Source of the DNA: Hyaloraphidium curvatum SAG 235-1 | Taxonomy: Eukaryota > Fungi > Monoblepharomycota | Length of the DNA: 64,000 nucleotides | Assembly (NCBI GenBank): GCA_025558095.1 | Contig: JAIVFI010000041.1 | Span: 310,001-374,000 of the forward strand | Direction of reading: 5' to 3' | Part shown: in pieces, positions 31,996-45,033 of the stretch | How positions within the stretch are numbered: the first letter of the stretch is position 1 | Layout of the letters: each line of letters starts with the position of its first letter | Position numbers and translations under genes: made by a program | Notes under the pieces: model-generated | Databases searched by the model: none | What the model was told of the DNA's origin: nothing | The model's input: only the letters and a program-made list of their open reading frames with translations

Positions 31996-34339
31996 ATGGG
32001 GAATGGGGACTTCAGCGTCCCGTAAACAACGCGCGTCGAGCACCATGCCTATGCCCCCCGCTGCGGGCGCCGAGCCGGACGGCGACGACCGGGCCGGGGC
32101 GACGCGCAAACGCCGCCTGCGGTCGTGCTTAGGGTGCCGGTCGCGCCGCCACGCCTGCCTGGGCGGGACGCCGGGCGTCGCGCGGGGCGGCCAGCCGACC
32201 GCCGCGGTGTCTTCGTGCGCGGGGTGCGAGCAACGCGGCGAGCCGTGCGTCTTCCCGGCGCGGACGCGGACCGTGCGGAATGGCTCGGAGGACGCGGCCG
32301 ACGCGCCAGGCGGCCCGAAGGACTCGCCCCGGCGCACCGCGTCCCAAGCCGCGATCGGCCCGCCCGTCCTTCCCCCTCTCGCCGCCGTCTTGGCGCCGCG
32401 GACGATCGCCGTGCCGCCGCCGCTCGCCCCGCACTTTGTGCTCCCGTCGCACGCCGCATCGGACGGCATGCTCGCGCGCTGCCGCGCCCTGCCCGCGGCA
32501 ATCGGCCGCCTGGCGCCTCTGCCCCCTCACGCGCTGGCAGTCGGCTCCCCCCTGCTGTGGACCGCGCTGTGGGGCGTTACGGTGTTTGATGGCGCCGGAA
32601 TGGGGACGGAGCTCTGGCTGGCGCCGGGCGGCGCCGCGGGCATCGCGGCGAGGGCGAAGAGCATGCTGCTGGCCGCGCTGGAGCGCTCATGCGCCGAGCT
32701 TGAGAGTCACCGGCTCGACGGCGACGCCCCAGGACCCGTCGCCGAACGTGCCGTGGTCGTCCTCCAGGCTGTCCTGCTTGCCATGCTGGTTTCGGAGCGC
32801 GCCGGCGCCATGCGCGCCATGGTCGGCCTGGTGTCGCTGGCCATCCGGTTTGCCCTCCTTTCCGCCATTGCCACGCGCAACTGGATCGCCCGGGTCTCGT
32901 CGATGCTGGCCGAGGACCGCTCCGTGCCCGGAGACGACTCGGACTTGATGGCGCTGGACGCGTGGATGGCTTCGTGGGGGATCAGCCCCGTGGTCCCTGC
33001 CTCCGAGTCGCTGTGCTTCCTGACCGCCCGGCCGTCGACTCTGCGCGCCCTGCCGCCGCCATCCAAGCACGAGATAGTCCTCCTGGCGAGGTTCGCGGCC
33101 TGCTTCATATACTGTGGGTGGCTTGCCCGCAGCCCTTGATCGTCTCGGCCCACGCTGACCTCCGACTCCGGATTCAGGCGTCGGCATCGAGAACTGGTCC
33201 GCAGAACTCGTCGGTAGCGCCGTCTACTGCACCGGCCCCGAGGTGGCCCACGTCCCCCTGCCCTTCGACACGCGGCTCTTCGGCGACGGCTCCTTCACTG
33301 GAATGCCGCCCTTCTACGTCAGCCCCGTCAGCGCCATGGGTCCCTTTATCCGGTGGTGCGACCCGGCGACCGACGCGCACCCCCGTGCGCTGATCCTGCG
33401 CGCGACCGTCACCGATGTGGGGCGTCCGCCAACGTGGCCGAACGCGAACCACGCTCACAAGGCATTCCCCCCCCCGCCAGATGTTCCGCGTCGGCAACCA
33501 CTTCCTCTCCTGCGTCCACAACAACCTCATCGGCCTCCTCACCGCCCTCCGCTCCCGCGTCCGCGCGGCCGGATTCCCCAACATCTACCCCGAGGCGTGC
33601 CTCGCCGATCCCTCCGTGCGGGCCGAGATGGACCGGCTTTCCGCGCTGCTGGAGGAGGTCGCGGCAGCGTACCCCCCGGAGATGTCGGCGGCGATCGCAG
33701 ACGGCAGCATCGGGGAGATGGTGGGCATGTTCGAGTCGTGCCCGTCCTGCTGCGCCCTGCCCGTGGCTTCCTGGATGGTGGGTCCTCCGCCGGCCTTTCG
33801 AGCCCTTTTCTGACCAAAGACCCGCGCAGGTATTCTACTACGAGTACCAAGCCACGATGTTCGCCCCGCCCCCCGGCACCCCACCTCCCCCGGGCTGGGC
33901 CCTCTCCCGCGACGGCGTGCGCTCCGCCGTCCACGCGGTCCTCTGCTCGCGCTTCCTCCGGCAGTACATGGCCTCGGGCCGGTCCCCCGACAGCCGCGAG
34001 ATCTTCCGGTGGACGCACACCCGCGTCGATCGCGTCGCATGCGTTCTGGCGGCGCACTTGGCGGCTTCCCCGCCCGGCGGCGAAGCGGCGGCGCTGTTTG
34101 CCGACGCCATGGCGGGGTGCATCGAGTGGTTCGCACGGGTGGGAGGGGGGGAGAGGGCGGACGAGTGGGTGGCGAGGCTGGGGCCGGGGGCGCTGCACCT
34201 GGGGGCGGCGATGGGGCTGACGGAGCAGGACAGGGCGCTGAGGGGGCTGCAGGATGCCATGGAGAGCGTGGAGGGGGCGGTGTTGGGGCTGGAGGAACTG
34301 GGGAGGGGGGACGCGGTGGCGGGGGAGGCGGAGATGTGA
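31996..34339 (+). CDS. Zn(II)2Cys6 fungal transcription factor (multi-exon)
   Basis: RKRRLRSCLGCRSRRHAC...CAGCEQRGEPCVFP; downstream helical exons end at 34339. Confidence 0.75.
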
Positions 34340-34410
34340 CGGGCAGCCCGGCTCTGAAAACATCTCCTTAATATCTCGCGCAATCCCGTGCTCCGAGCAT
34401 TAACCCCGAC

Positions 34411-35430
34411 TCAATTGACATGGTCCGCGGCCGTGACCTCGTCCACGTAGTCCTTCAAAGCCTGCGCAAACCTGGGGCCGGCACCGGCAGCCCGCGTCTT
34501 GAGCGATCGGACGTGAAGGGCGTTATGTACATTCCGAAGCGCGTACTTGAACAGCTCCAGTGCTTCGTCTTCATCTTCCGGCGGGGACATTGAGAAGGGA
34601 ATCGTCACCGTGACCATGTCGGAGGGGTCGGGATGCGAGCGACCACCGTAGACGTCAATCATCTTCCGCGCCGTAGCAGTCAGCCCGCGTCGAACACAGA
34701 TCGCGGGCAGCACCGAGGGAATCGAAACGCCATCCTCGGCGAGGAGATCGACAACGGCCGGTGAAAGGTCCTGCTCGCGGATTGTACCGAGCAGAAAGGC
34801 GCCCAGCTTGACGCCGCGGGCAAGTAGCTCCTTCGTCAGCTGCGTGGAGATACAGAGGGTCAACTTCGTGACTGCGAAGCAGCTCCCGCGGGGTTGCGAC
34901 CTACGTCAACGTCGCTTTTCATTGCGGCGTCCCGGAGGTCCCACTCTAGCACGGAAACGCCTGTCCACGCGTGCAAAACGGCGCGCTCAGAGCTGGGTCC
35001 AATCCACGGCCTGAAGAGAATCTTGCGGCACAAGCCACGCGGATCCTGAATATCATGCCAGAGACGTCGGAGGATCCCTTGTCCGTCGTCCGTGGCCCAC
35101 AGCGCCTGGTTCGCCGCAAGAATCAAGGCAACGGCCGGGTGACGGGTCTCGGCAGGAAGGCCACCAGCATGGAGAGAGCAGCTGCTCAAGAGTCGCTTGA
35201 TAGCAAACTCGAGCGGCCCTAGCTCAAGCGGAAGAAGGCGAATGGCGAGGGAATGAGCGTGCGAGGACTGCGATCATCCAAGAATGATATCTGCAAATTT
35301 TCAGAGGTGAGGTGCAACCAGTCCAGTGGGATCCCGGTACCCTACCAGTTTTGGCAGTGGCAGCTGGACCCCCGAAGCCACCAATCGAGATGCCTTCTCC
35401 TCATTGACCTCAACCAGCGCCGCCAACAGC
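34411..35430 (-). pseudogene. 5'-truncated paralog of the 27393-30095 gene
   Basis: HPAVALILAANQALWATDDG..ILRRLW, LEWDLRDA, LLARGV, DEALELFKYALR, ALKDYVDEV match its C-terminal third. Confidence 0.7.
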
Positions 35431-35801
35431 TCCAGTGATCCATCCAGGCCTTCGCGGGGCCGGCGACGGCGACCCGGTCCGGCGGGTGGCTTCCTACAGG
35501 TCCGGGCCCCCTCGGCGCGTGGAGCTCGCGGAGCTCACCGGGCCCCGCGGCGCCGCAACATCTTGCGACACATGGCGCCACCATCGGGGGTGCCGGAGCG
35601 CTCAAGAGCGGCGCCGCGGGCGCCTTTGCGGAGTCGGGTGATTGGACAGCTCATCGCCTCGGCCCGCGCTCAACGATCACTCCACGACCGTGTAATCAAA
35701 ACGTAGGCCAACGACAGTAATGAACATCCAGATCAGTCCAACTTCCCATAGCTTGCAGCCCCGATGCCGGCGTTCCCGAGATGCGGGTTCCGGCGACGGG
35801 A

Positions 35802-37041
35802 TCACGCCCGATCCGCGGTCCCCTCCCCTTCCGCCCCATCCCCGTCCTCGCTCCCCGAGGCGGAGCTACCCCCCGCCGTCCCCTCGCTCGCCCCGGCACT
35901 ACCTCCCCTCTCGCTCCCCCCCGCCGTCCCGTCGCTCCCCTCCTCCTCCGCCTCCTCCTTGCCCCCCACCTCCCCGTCGAGCGCCTCCAGGATGCCGCTC
36001 ACGTCCCACCCCGCCCCCCCGCACACCTCCTCGAACCCCCTGCGATCCATCACCGCGTCGTCCGGGTAGACGATGCCGGAGTTGTAGCACATCACCTCGA
36101 ACCGCTGCGTCTCCGGGGTCACTTGCAGTGCGGAGTCCTCGAGGGAGGGGTCCGCCCCGGGCGGGGGCAGCGGGAACGAGGCGGCGACGGACCAGCACGA
36201 CTGCAGGTACCATCCCCAATTCGCATGCCGCCCCGCGACGGCGGCGGGGGTCTCCCCCACGCGGACGAACCTCCCCTCGGGCCCGGTGCGGCCCTCGGCG
36301 GAGCGGACGAACCGCCACCGCGCGTCGGCGCGGTACATCGAGCCGCCCATGCGGCCGTCGGGGAGATAGAGGCGTTGCCGGGCGGGCTGCGAGAGGTGCC
36401 ACGGGTCGTCGAGGAGGAACGGGGGGCCGGCGGCGGATTTGAAGCGCCAGTGCCAGGTGAAGGCGCAGAGCTCTGCGGGGGCGTCGGGGGGGGTCAGATG
36501 GCTCCGGTGGGTGGGCGGGAAGGGGACGGGGGGGAGGCGCACCTTCTTTGGTGATGTGGTCCCGCCGCGAGTCGAGGAGCGAGAGGCGGTACGCGTCCCG
36601 TGCCCTGCCCTCCTTGAGCATCTCCTTGAACCTGTCCCGCCCGACGTCGTCAGCACGCGGTCCCCCGCCCGAACACGGCTCCTCCACGGGGAAACGCCCA
36701 CCTCTCGGGAACGTACACCTTGTCCGCCCACAACCTCGCCGTCAGCGGGGCCCACAGCTCCTGGTCCTCCGCGGCGGCGTGCCACGCCTTCGAGACGCGG
36801 GCGCAGGGAGCCAGGTCGGCGGCGGAGGGGAGGAAGGAGAGGATGTGGAGGAAGACCTGCGTTGGGTGGTGAGCGGCGGCGCGGCGCGGGCGGGGTTCGC
36901 GGGCGGCACCTCGACGGGGAAGACGACTGCGGGGTCGGAGGGGGCGCGGAGGGCGGGGGAGGACGCGGAGGGCGGCGCGGAGCGGGGGCGTTTCCGGCGC
37001 CGGGCGTCGAGCGCGAGGGGGCGGTCCTGCGCGGCGGGCAT
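35802..37041 (-). CDS. F-box protein (multi-exon)
   Basis: FPVE|VFLHILSFL..ADLA.CARVSKAW..AAEDQELW F-box; C-terminal IT.EELC..TW.WRFK...DP W...NWGW domain; acidic/Gly tail. Confidence 0.8.
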
Positions 37042-37966
37042 GGCTGCCTGCGGGGCGGGCGGTCAGCGCCGTCCGCGGCGAGAGCGGACAGCACTCGGGG
37101 GCCGTACGGGCCGGGTGGCGGGCCCCGTCCCCGGTGTCGCCGCCGGGTGGTGCGGTGCCGTTGCGCGGCCGGGGTCGCCTCCCTCTCCCTGCCGCACCGC
37201 CGTCCCGCCCGCCGCGCGACGCCCACCTTTGCTCCCGCGCGCCTGCCCCCGCCGGTGGTTTCGCTGTCCGAGGAGCGCCTGGGTGGCGTTGCGCGGCGAG
37301 GTCTGCCTCTGCGGGTGGCTGGCCGCCGGGTCCCGGGGATCGGCGAGCAAACACCGCCGGCCTCCCGCGGGCCGCGGCCGGAAAGTTCCTCCGACTAGGA
37401 AAAGGGACGGCCGAGGGTGGATGGCCAGTTTGCGCACCGTCTCGCCCGGGCAGGATGGGCAACGGTCCCGGCGCAACGCCACCGAATAGAGTTTCGGCCC
37501 GGGTGAAATCCGGTCGACCCTCCGCCAGTGCACCCGCACCTGCCGGCCACCAGATCCCCCGACTCGCCGGGACACACCCTGCTACGCGCCCAATGTGCCG
37601 TTTGCGAGGGTGGAGGGGGCCGATCGGTGCGTCCCCGCCGGGGGGAGGGGTTGCACTGCTTCGGGCCGGGCGGGGGCAAATCCGGCCGGCCGGCACCCAT
37701 CCGAGTCCGGAACCGGCCGTCGTGCCTGGCCGGCCACCGTCCGCATCTTCCTTGCCGCCGGTTAGGAAATGTTCGTCCCGCGGATCCGCCGGATGGTGCG
37801 AGCGCAAGAGGCCGGCGCCGGCCGATCCGAGGCTGTGCCGCCGCCCTTCGCATCTCGCGAGCCGTAGAGCGCGGATCGGCGAGCTGCGGTGCGGGATCTG
37901 TCGGGGAGGTGCGGAGCAAGCGGATGGCCCGGGGATGGGGCGGGAGGGAAGGGGCAAGGCGCGGCG

Positions 37967-38053
37967 CAGGGGATCGGGGAAGGGCACCACCGCGGCGGAT
38001 GGATCGGGGCCGTGCGTAGCACCGTCCGATCGGGTCGGACGGGAGAAAAGGGT
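37967..38053. repeat. ~85 bp diverged repeat with hairpins (copy 1)
   Basis: gatcggggaagggcacc...gatcggggc...ccgtccgatcgggtcgg recurs at ~39804-39890. Confidence 0.7.
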
Positions 38054-39803
38054 GCCGTTTCTGTGTTCTGGATTGTAGACAGGGAGGTACGATAACCGGA
38101 CTGGGCTCGCACGTGCGGCCCGTGCCCGTGGGGTGATGAGCTGTCGGTCCAATCACCCCGAAAACCAGAGGCCCGCGCAGTGCCCGCCGACGGCGGCTCC
38201 GGCTCGGCGCACATCCATAGTGCGCGCCGAAGATGGAAGTTGTAGTCGGCGGGGACGCAGCGGGGCCCTCGGACCGGACCGACCGGACCGGAAGCCGTGG
38301 ACCTTGCACGGAACGAGCAGGTTACGGCCGCAGCGAGCCCGAGGCGGCCCGCGGCCGGTGCTGCGGGCCGTTGCTGTGGAACGTAGTGCGGCGGGATGGC
38401 CGGAGTGGTACAAGGGCGCCGCACGCCGTCGGACTAGACTGGACCGCACACCCCCCGGCGAAGCAAGGACGGGCGGCGCCCGCCCGCCGCGGCACGACCG
38501 CGGCGTCCGACACGTGCGGATGCTCATGTCGTATCGTGCAGCTGGCGGGCGCACGGCCGCGGGCCGCGGACGGTATGTCCCTGCGGACTTGCGGACGGGA
38601 ACGGGGAGCCAGACGGACTGGGGGGCCGGGGGTCGCCCGCGGCACCGGTGCCGGCTACGGCGCCCGACGGCGACGGGCGCCGGCAACGCATTTGGCAGGT
38701 GCCGCGGGAGGCTCCCGGTTGGAGGACTGGCCGGTCGGGACCGCCACGTCACCCTGTCCGCCGGACTTCCGAGGGGACGGAACCTACCCGCGGCCTCGTC
38801 GACTGTCCAGCGAGGGACCCGTGCGGGTGCCTCGTGCTTGCACTTTGAGGCCGCTGGGAAGGGACGGCTCGTCATCGGGCGAACGAACGCGCAGGACGAG
38901 GAGAAGCCCGGAGACGCCTCCGTCCGCGGGCCGGGGCGCGGGGCGGCGCCCTACATTTCAGGCGCTGCGCCGGGTCTCCCGACTCACGGACGAGGTGGAT
39001 TGGCGGTGGCGAACGGCATGACTGTTCGGAGAGATCGGCGGGACGCCCGGGTGCATTCGTTCCTCTTCGATCGGACGGCATGGCCTGCAATGGCCGCCGC
39101 CCTGCCTCCGCTCAGGGGGACCAGTCGGCAACACCCCCGGCAACAGCGACGGCAGCGAGCCCGCTCGTTGGGGCAAGAACCTTGCGCCCTACTTCTTCGG
39201 GCGCTGAGACTTTTGTCTCCTTGGGCGTAGGGGGATTCCTAAGTGTGCGGTGGGATTGCTAGCTCCTCGCTACACACTCCTCAGGCGGGCACGTGGCCTG
39301 GACTTGCGGACCGGCGGGGCCGCGGACGGATCGGGAAGGCAATAACAGCGCCGCCGCCCGCGGCACCGATCTTTGCGGCGTCGGACAACGGCGGACGCCT
39401 ACATCGATAGGTAGATCCCGGGCCGCCGGGCTGCGCGAGGCGACTGAACCTACCCGCGGCGGGAGGGCGCCGAGGCGCCCTTCTACGAGGGGTGCTTCGG
39501 TGGTCCCAATCCAGGCCGCGGGGAGGTGGACGGCTCGCCGTCGGACAAGCGGATTGTGCGGGACGCCGAGAAGCCTCGGCTCGGGGACGCTGTGGCGGTG
39601 GGGGCGCTTCAACATAGCCTTTTCCAATCTGGGACCTTCTCCGTATCATTTGACACGCACACAAATCGTCTGGCGTCGGTTTGCACATCGTGCACGGACA
39701 GAGTTTGACGGTTCAGTAGGGACCCAGGGATCGGTTTGGGAGGTGTCGGCATGCGGGTGGTGAGGGTTGGGCCCGCTCGGGGAGGGATGTCACAGGGGGC
39801 AGT

Positions 39804-39890
39804 CAGGGAGATCGGGGGAAGGGCACCGCGGCACGGATGATCGGGGCGCTGCGTGGCGCCGTCCGATCGGGTCGGGGGGTGGAAATGGTT
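39804..39890. repeat. ~85 bp diverged repeat with hairpins (copy 2)
   Basis: Direct-orientation match to 37967-38053. Confidence 0.7.
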
Positions 39891-40309
39891 GGCCAGATTA
39901 TGTGAGGCCGTCGATTTTTCGAGAATGTCTCGCGCCGCCAGACGGGCGTGCTGGGCTGCCAACAGCTTATGTACAGGTTCAGGGAGGGTTGTACCCGGCA
40001 GCCCAGTGGACATCTAACCCTCCTCTCGTCCCCGATTGTCGTGTCGTGATGTATCGGGTTTGGGGGCCGCCGGGCTTGGCACGCGAGAGCGCGCCCGTTA
40101 CTGATGAGAGCCCGCAAGCAGCCGGTGTAGCGGGCCAGCTGACCATCCACATCCACGTCCTTGCCCTCAGCCCCGGGTCGGGGCGGCTTGACACGCCTGG
40201 CAGCGGCCTCGAGGGATTCGTGAGCCTTGGCTCCGGCCCCAGCCGTCCGATCCGATCGCTGTGGGAACTCCCACACAAAAGGTTCACTCCTCCAAGGCTC
40301 GACACCACA

Positions 40310-42152
40310 ATGGAACAGCCCGCGGCCAAGCCCAACATCCTCCTGATCCTGACCGACCAGGAGCGGTACCCACCGCCGTACGAGGACGCGGCGCTGGCCG
40401 AGTTCCGCGCCACGCAGCTGCCCGCGCGGACGCGGCTGCTCGCCGGCGCGCAGCTGCACCGGCACTACGTCGCGTCGACCGCGTGCGCGCCGTCGCGTGC
40501 ATCGCTTTTCACCGGGCAGTATCCGTCGCTGCACGGCGTGACGGCGACGGACGGCCTGAGCAAGACCCCGCACGACGAGCGGATCACGTGGCTAGACCCG
40601 GACACCGTGCCGACCATGGGGCACCTGTTCCGCGCCGCGGGCTATCGGACCTTCTATAACGGTGAGGACATGGGCACGAGCCGCGGGCATAACTGACTCC
40701 CTCGAACTTGAAAGGCAAGTGGCACATCTCCCACGCCGACCTCGTCGCCCCGGGCACACACGTGGGCCTCGCGTCCAACGATGCCGAGGGCCGCATCTTG
40801 GCCGACGTCGCCGCCATCTACGAGAAGGCCAACCGCCTGTCGCCCTTCGGCTTCGACGGCTGGATCGGGCGCGAGCCCCACGGCTCCGACGGTGCCGACT
40901 GCGGCACAGTCAAGGATCCGCTGTACGCGGACCAGGTCGGCGCGCTGCTTGCGCGCTTGGAGGAGGGCGGAGGGCCTTGGCTGGCCGTCGCGTCGTTCGT
41001 GAATCCGCACGACATCTGCTTCCCGGCACCCGTTTTCAAGCTGCTCGGGCTACCGGAGCCGGACGACACGGTGCCGGCCATCCCGGCCCCGCCGTCGCAA
41101 GCCGATGGGTTTCAAGGACGGCCGAGGGCACAGAAGGAGTGGAAGGATCTGTGGCCCGAGATGCTGATCCCAATCGAGTCCGATGAGCTCTACCGACGAG
41201 TAAGGGACCCGCCGTTTGCTCCTTGCGATTTGGTCTCAAAAAGGTCCCATCTCCGCAGCGCTACATGATGCTCCACAAGCTCGTCGATGCCGAGATCGCC
41301 AAGGTGCTCGACGCTCTCGACGCCCGCGGCCTTGCCGGCAACACCATCGTCGTTTTCACCTCGGACCACGGTGAAATGCTCGGTGCTCACGGCGGGATGA
41401 TGCAGAAGTGGTACACGGCTTTCGACGAGGCGCTGCGAGTGCCGATGGCTTTCAGCGGACCCGGCATCGGAACCGGGGACCTCCGAGCGCCGACCTCGCA
41501 CGCCGACCTGATTCCCACCCTGCTCGGCCTCGCCGGGATCGACCCCGCCGACGCGATTGCGGCGGTAAAGCGCACCCACACCGAGGTGCATCCTCTCCCC
41601 GGCCGCAACCTCTCGCCCTGGATCCGCAACCCCAGTGCTGCACCCCCGGCGGACCCCGTGTACTTCTACACCGAGGACCAGATCTCCGTGGGGGACCAGC
41701 CGAATATGATCACGGGCATCCACTACCCCCCGATCCTCGGCGACGCCAACGTCGAGTGCATCGTGGCGCCCTTCCGCGGGGGGCTGTGGAAGCTGGTGCG
41801 GTACTACCCCGACGGCGTGCCGGAGGAGGGAATAAAGGGCACGCTGGAGCTGTACAACTTGGAGAGGGACCCGGAGGAGAGGCACAACCTCGCCAAGGAC
41901 CGCGAGAGCCAGGGCCTGGTGGCGGAGCTGCTGGGGCTTCTGCACCAGGAGCGAGCCAAGAAGCGGATCAAGCCCGCATACCAGAATGCCTATGCGGAAA
42001 GCGAGGCCTTGAGGAAGGCCCGCGCCACGGCCAAGCCCCTTCTGATCCTCAGGCACTACCTGCTGCAGACGAAGAACGCGGCGCTGAGGTACGGGCCGAT
42101 CGTGGCGGCGGTGATTGCGGCAGCCGCCTACTACAGGATGAGGGCGCAGTAA
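40310..42152 (+). CDS. Formylglycine-type sulfatase with C-terminal tail anchor
   Basis: PNILLILTDQ, CAPSRASLFTG, GKWH, NPHD, TSDHGE; introns 40662-40714 and 41200-41258; C-terminus YGPIVAAVIAAAAYYRMRAQ. Confidence 0.92.
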
Positions 42153-42799
42153 TGAGAAGGCATTCGTGTAATCTGTCCGATAGTCTGTCCGACGTTTTTC
42201 TGGGAAGGTTCAAGTAACGTAACGTAACAAATAGGAGCATCTGGTGGATTCCCCTGTCTTTGACTTTTCGAATGAAATCTTACTCAGCAAATCCAGTTCT
42301 CCAGGCCCAAGGGGTGGCTGGGTCGGCGTCCGGACAAAGAGGACCACGCTGGGTGCGGAGACGCCTTGGACGCCTCCACCCGCGGGCGAGGGGTGGAGCG
42401 GCATCCGAGATCTCGGGCGGCGCTCTTTCTGCTTTCCGAGCGCGCGGGCGGAAGCGTGGGGAAGACCTCATCGCAGGTGCGTCGCTTCACTTCGGACGCC
42501 AGACGGGCTCAGGGTGCCTTCGCGCACACATTTCTGTGCGCATTCGTCAGTCGACGTGCCGGCGGCGGGAACGCAGCGGGGCCGTTGGACCGGACCGGAG
42601 CGGCAGCTTGCGGGTGACAGGACGGCACGGATTCCCGCAGCAAGGAGACAAAGGCCGCCCGCGGCCAGTGCTGCGGACATAGCTTGAGGGGTTCTTGCGC
42701 CGGGACGGCGGGCACGCGCCCCTGGGAGGCCGCAACTCTGACGCGCCGCCACGCGTATTCAACGCGTGTTCGGCCGGCAAAGACGTGGACGGAGCCAAT

Positions 42800-44406
42800 A
42801 TGGAGGAGGAGTCCGCGCCCGCGGAGCCGCTTGCCACATTCTCTCCCGCCGAGTGGGCTGCGCTGTTTCCGGCTCCGCTCCGCGCGGACGACCTGCCCGC
42901 CGAGCTCGTCCCCCTCGTGGCGAAGGCAGCCGACGAGCGCGCGGCGGCGCCACCGCTGGGCCCGGCCGACGTCAGCGCGGCGCTCGCGGACGCGCCGGTG
43001 TCGCGCCGGCTGCTGCATCTGCAGGGCTTCCTCGGCCGCGCCGTGCTGCCGCGCTTCGCCCTCCTGCGGCTCGCCCAGCAGGCGTTCTACGTTTTCTTTG
43101 CGGCGCTCGTGTGGATCGAGAACGACGGGCGCTTCGGCACCCGGCAGCTTGTCGCGGCCACGGTGGCAAGGGTCGTTGCGCAAGTCATCTGGGACTGGCG
43201 CGTGCTCGCCGGTCGCTTCTCCTCCCCGGACGACCGTGAAATCTTCCTGGACAACGAAGCAGTGGCCGCTGGCGCGGATGGCTCTGTGCTGGCCGGAATT
43301 GTCCGCTACCGGCTACTGGAGCGTGCCGGCGGAAGCTGGCTCCTCGAGCACGTGCCGGGCGATACCCTCTGCACTTGTTGCGGGTCTCGGTGCAGCGGCA
43401 ATCTGATCCGGAGGTCCCTTTGGATGTTTGCTGCCATGCCTCTATTCCTGGCGATCCTGCAATTGGTGATGTTCAACCTGCTCATTGTCTGGACCCCCTT
43501 GATCACATTTGGCGCTGCAACGTGGTCGACGCCGTGGGCGGCCACTTTCTCTGCTGTCGGCCTGGCCGTTGTTAGTTGCGCCTTAGTTGTTGTTCCCCTG
43601 GCCATCCGCCAACATAGCGTTGCGCTATTCCTGCTCGAAGCCCGGATGCACCGAAGGGCGGTCGCGAAGTGCCTGGACTCTGCCTTGGGGAGTTTCCGAA
43701 TTGCGCTGGAACCACTTCGCGAGGGGACGTGGAAGGCACGCGATGCCGAATCACGTCGCCCTTTACGCCGTGCTCGTGGGACATTGGCAGCAGGCCAGGG
43801 GAGTCGCAGACTCCGGCCGGGCCGTCATAGTCACGGGTCTCCTTGCAGAGTCGGTCGCGCTCCTTATTGTCTTGGTGGGTTAGAGCGGACAGGTGTCGTC
43901 GCATTCGACCCATTGACAAGGCTCCCCGTTCGTTGCAGCTGGCTTCCTCCTGCATCCCGGCCTACAACCTGGCGGCGGTCGTGTACAACATCTTCCTCCT
44001 GGTCACGCTCGACCTAAGCGAGGTCGCGGCGGCCAACACCTCCCCCCTGCGCATCGCGGGCCTCTACCGCTCCGCCGCGTACTCGTTCCGCTCCATCGGG
44101 ATGTCCGCCGTCGCCCGCGGACTTTCCGCGGCCGCTGCCGCGGCCGACATCCACGAACGGATCCTTTCCGGCTTCGCGGACGTGGAACCGCAGCGCCCCC
44201 GGGCCTTCGGCGTCCCCGTCACCTTCGGGCTCGTGAGGACGGTCGTGGCGACGCTGTTCACGCTCGGGGTGGGGCTGTGGAGGGTACTCAGGGGGGCGGG
44301 CGTGGGGGTGACGATCGAGATGGTGTGCCCGGTGGGTTGCGCCGGGGGTTGGGCTGCGCGCGGCTCGCTGACGGTGTGCGTGCAGACCCCAGGTCCGGCA
44401 AGCTGA
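42800..44406 (+). pseudogene. GR-like 7TM family copy 4, with an apparent frameshift
   Basis: FSPAEWAALFP, DGRFGTRQL, HVPGDTLCTCCGSRC, SSCIP, VAAAN, RAFGVPVTFGLVRT...LWRVLRGAG..C; frameshift near 43700-43750; intron ~43874-43938. Confidence 0.7.
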
Positions 44407-45033
44407 TGCGTTTACACACCGCCACAGAACGGATGTTTGCGCCCAGTTCGGCGCCTCCTTGCCGACAAGCCTTTGCGACGGCCGCCCGCGGCGGCACAGC
44501 GCGTCCACGGCGTCCGCCAGACACGGATGCTGACGCCGACGAGTTCCGCGGGCGGGGGCGGGCGCTGCTCCAGGCCCTCGAACACGAGCACCAAGTGGAT
44601 TGTGGAGGCGAACAGCAGGCTGACTTTTCGGGGAGATCGGTGGGCCGGACCAGACCGGACACGAAGACCTGCATGCCCGCGACGGATTCCCGCCGCTGCG
44701 AGTCTCGGGCGGCCGCGGGTTGCGGGCTTGTTTCACACCCCATGATGCACAGGATGACCGAGAGGGCGACAGGGACTGCCGCGGAAAAGGCTGGACCGGG
44801 AGCAAGTCGGGGCAAGTCGACGACGCCTCTTGGACTTGTTGGCCCGCGGTCCAGTAATCGGTCGCCAAACTCCTGGCGCTGACTTGTACGGGCCGTACGG
44901 CTTGGGCCGCGGGCGTGCAGGACGCGGAAGAGGGTTTCCTCAGATGTGACAATTGACAACAGTCCCCCAAGACGCAGAGATGTTGTCAGTACGAGCTACA
45001 TGTTGATGCCTGCTCAACATGCATGGCCGGTGG

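Noticed and set aside
32125-32250. Unusually long spacer between Cys3 and Cys4 of the Zn2Cys6 cluster
   Set aside because: This loop is known to vary in length, so it is not enough to call novel
40013-40022. CTAACCCT as a possible telomerase RNA template in the gene-free gap
   Set aside because: Only 8 nt, expected by chance; no pseudoknot or other TER element could be supported
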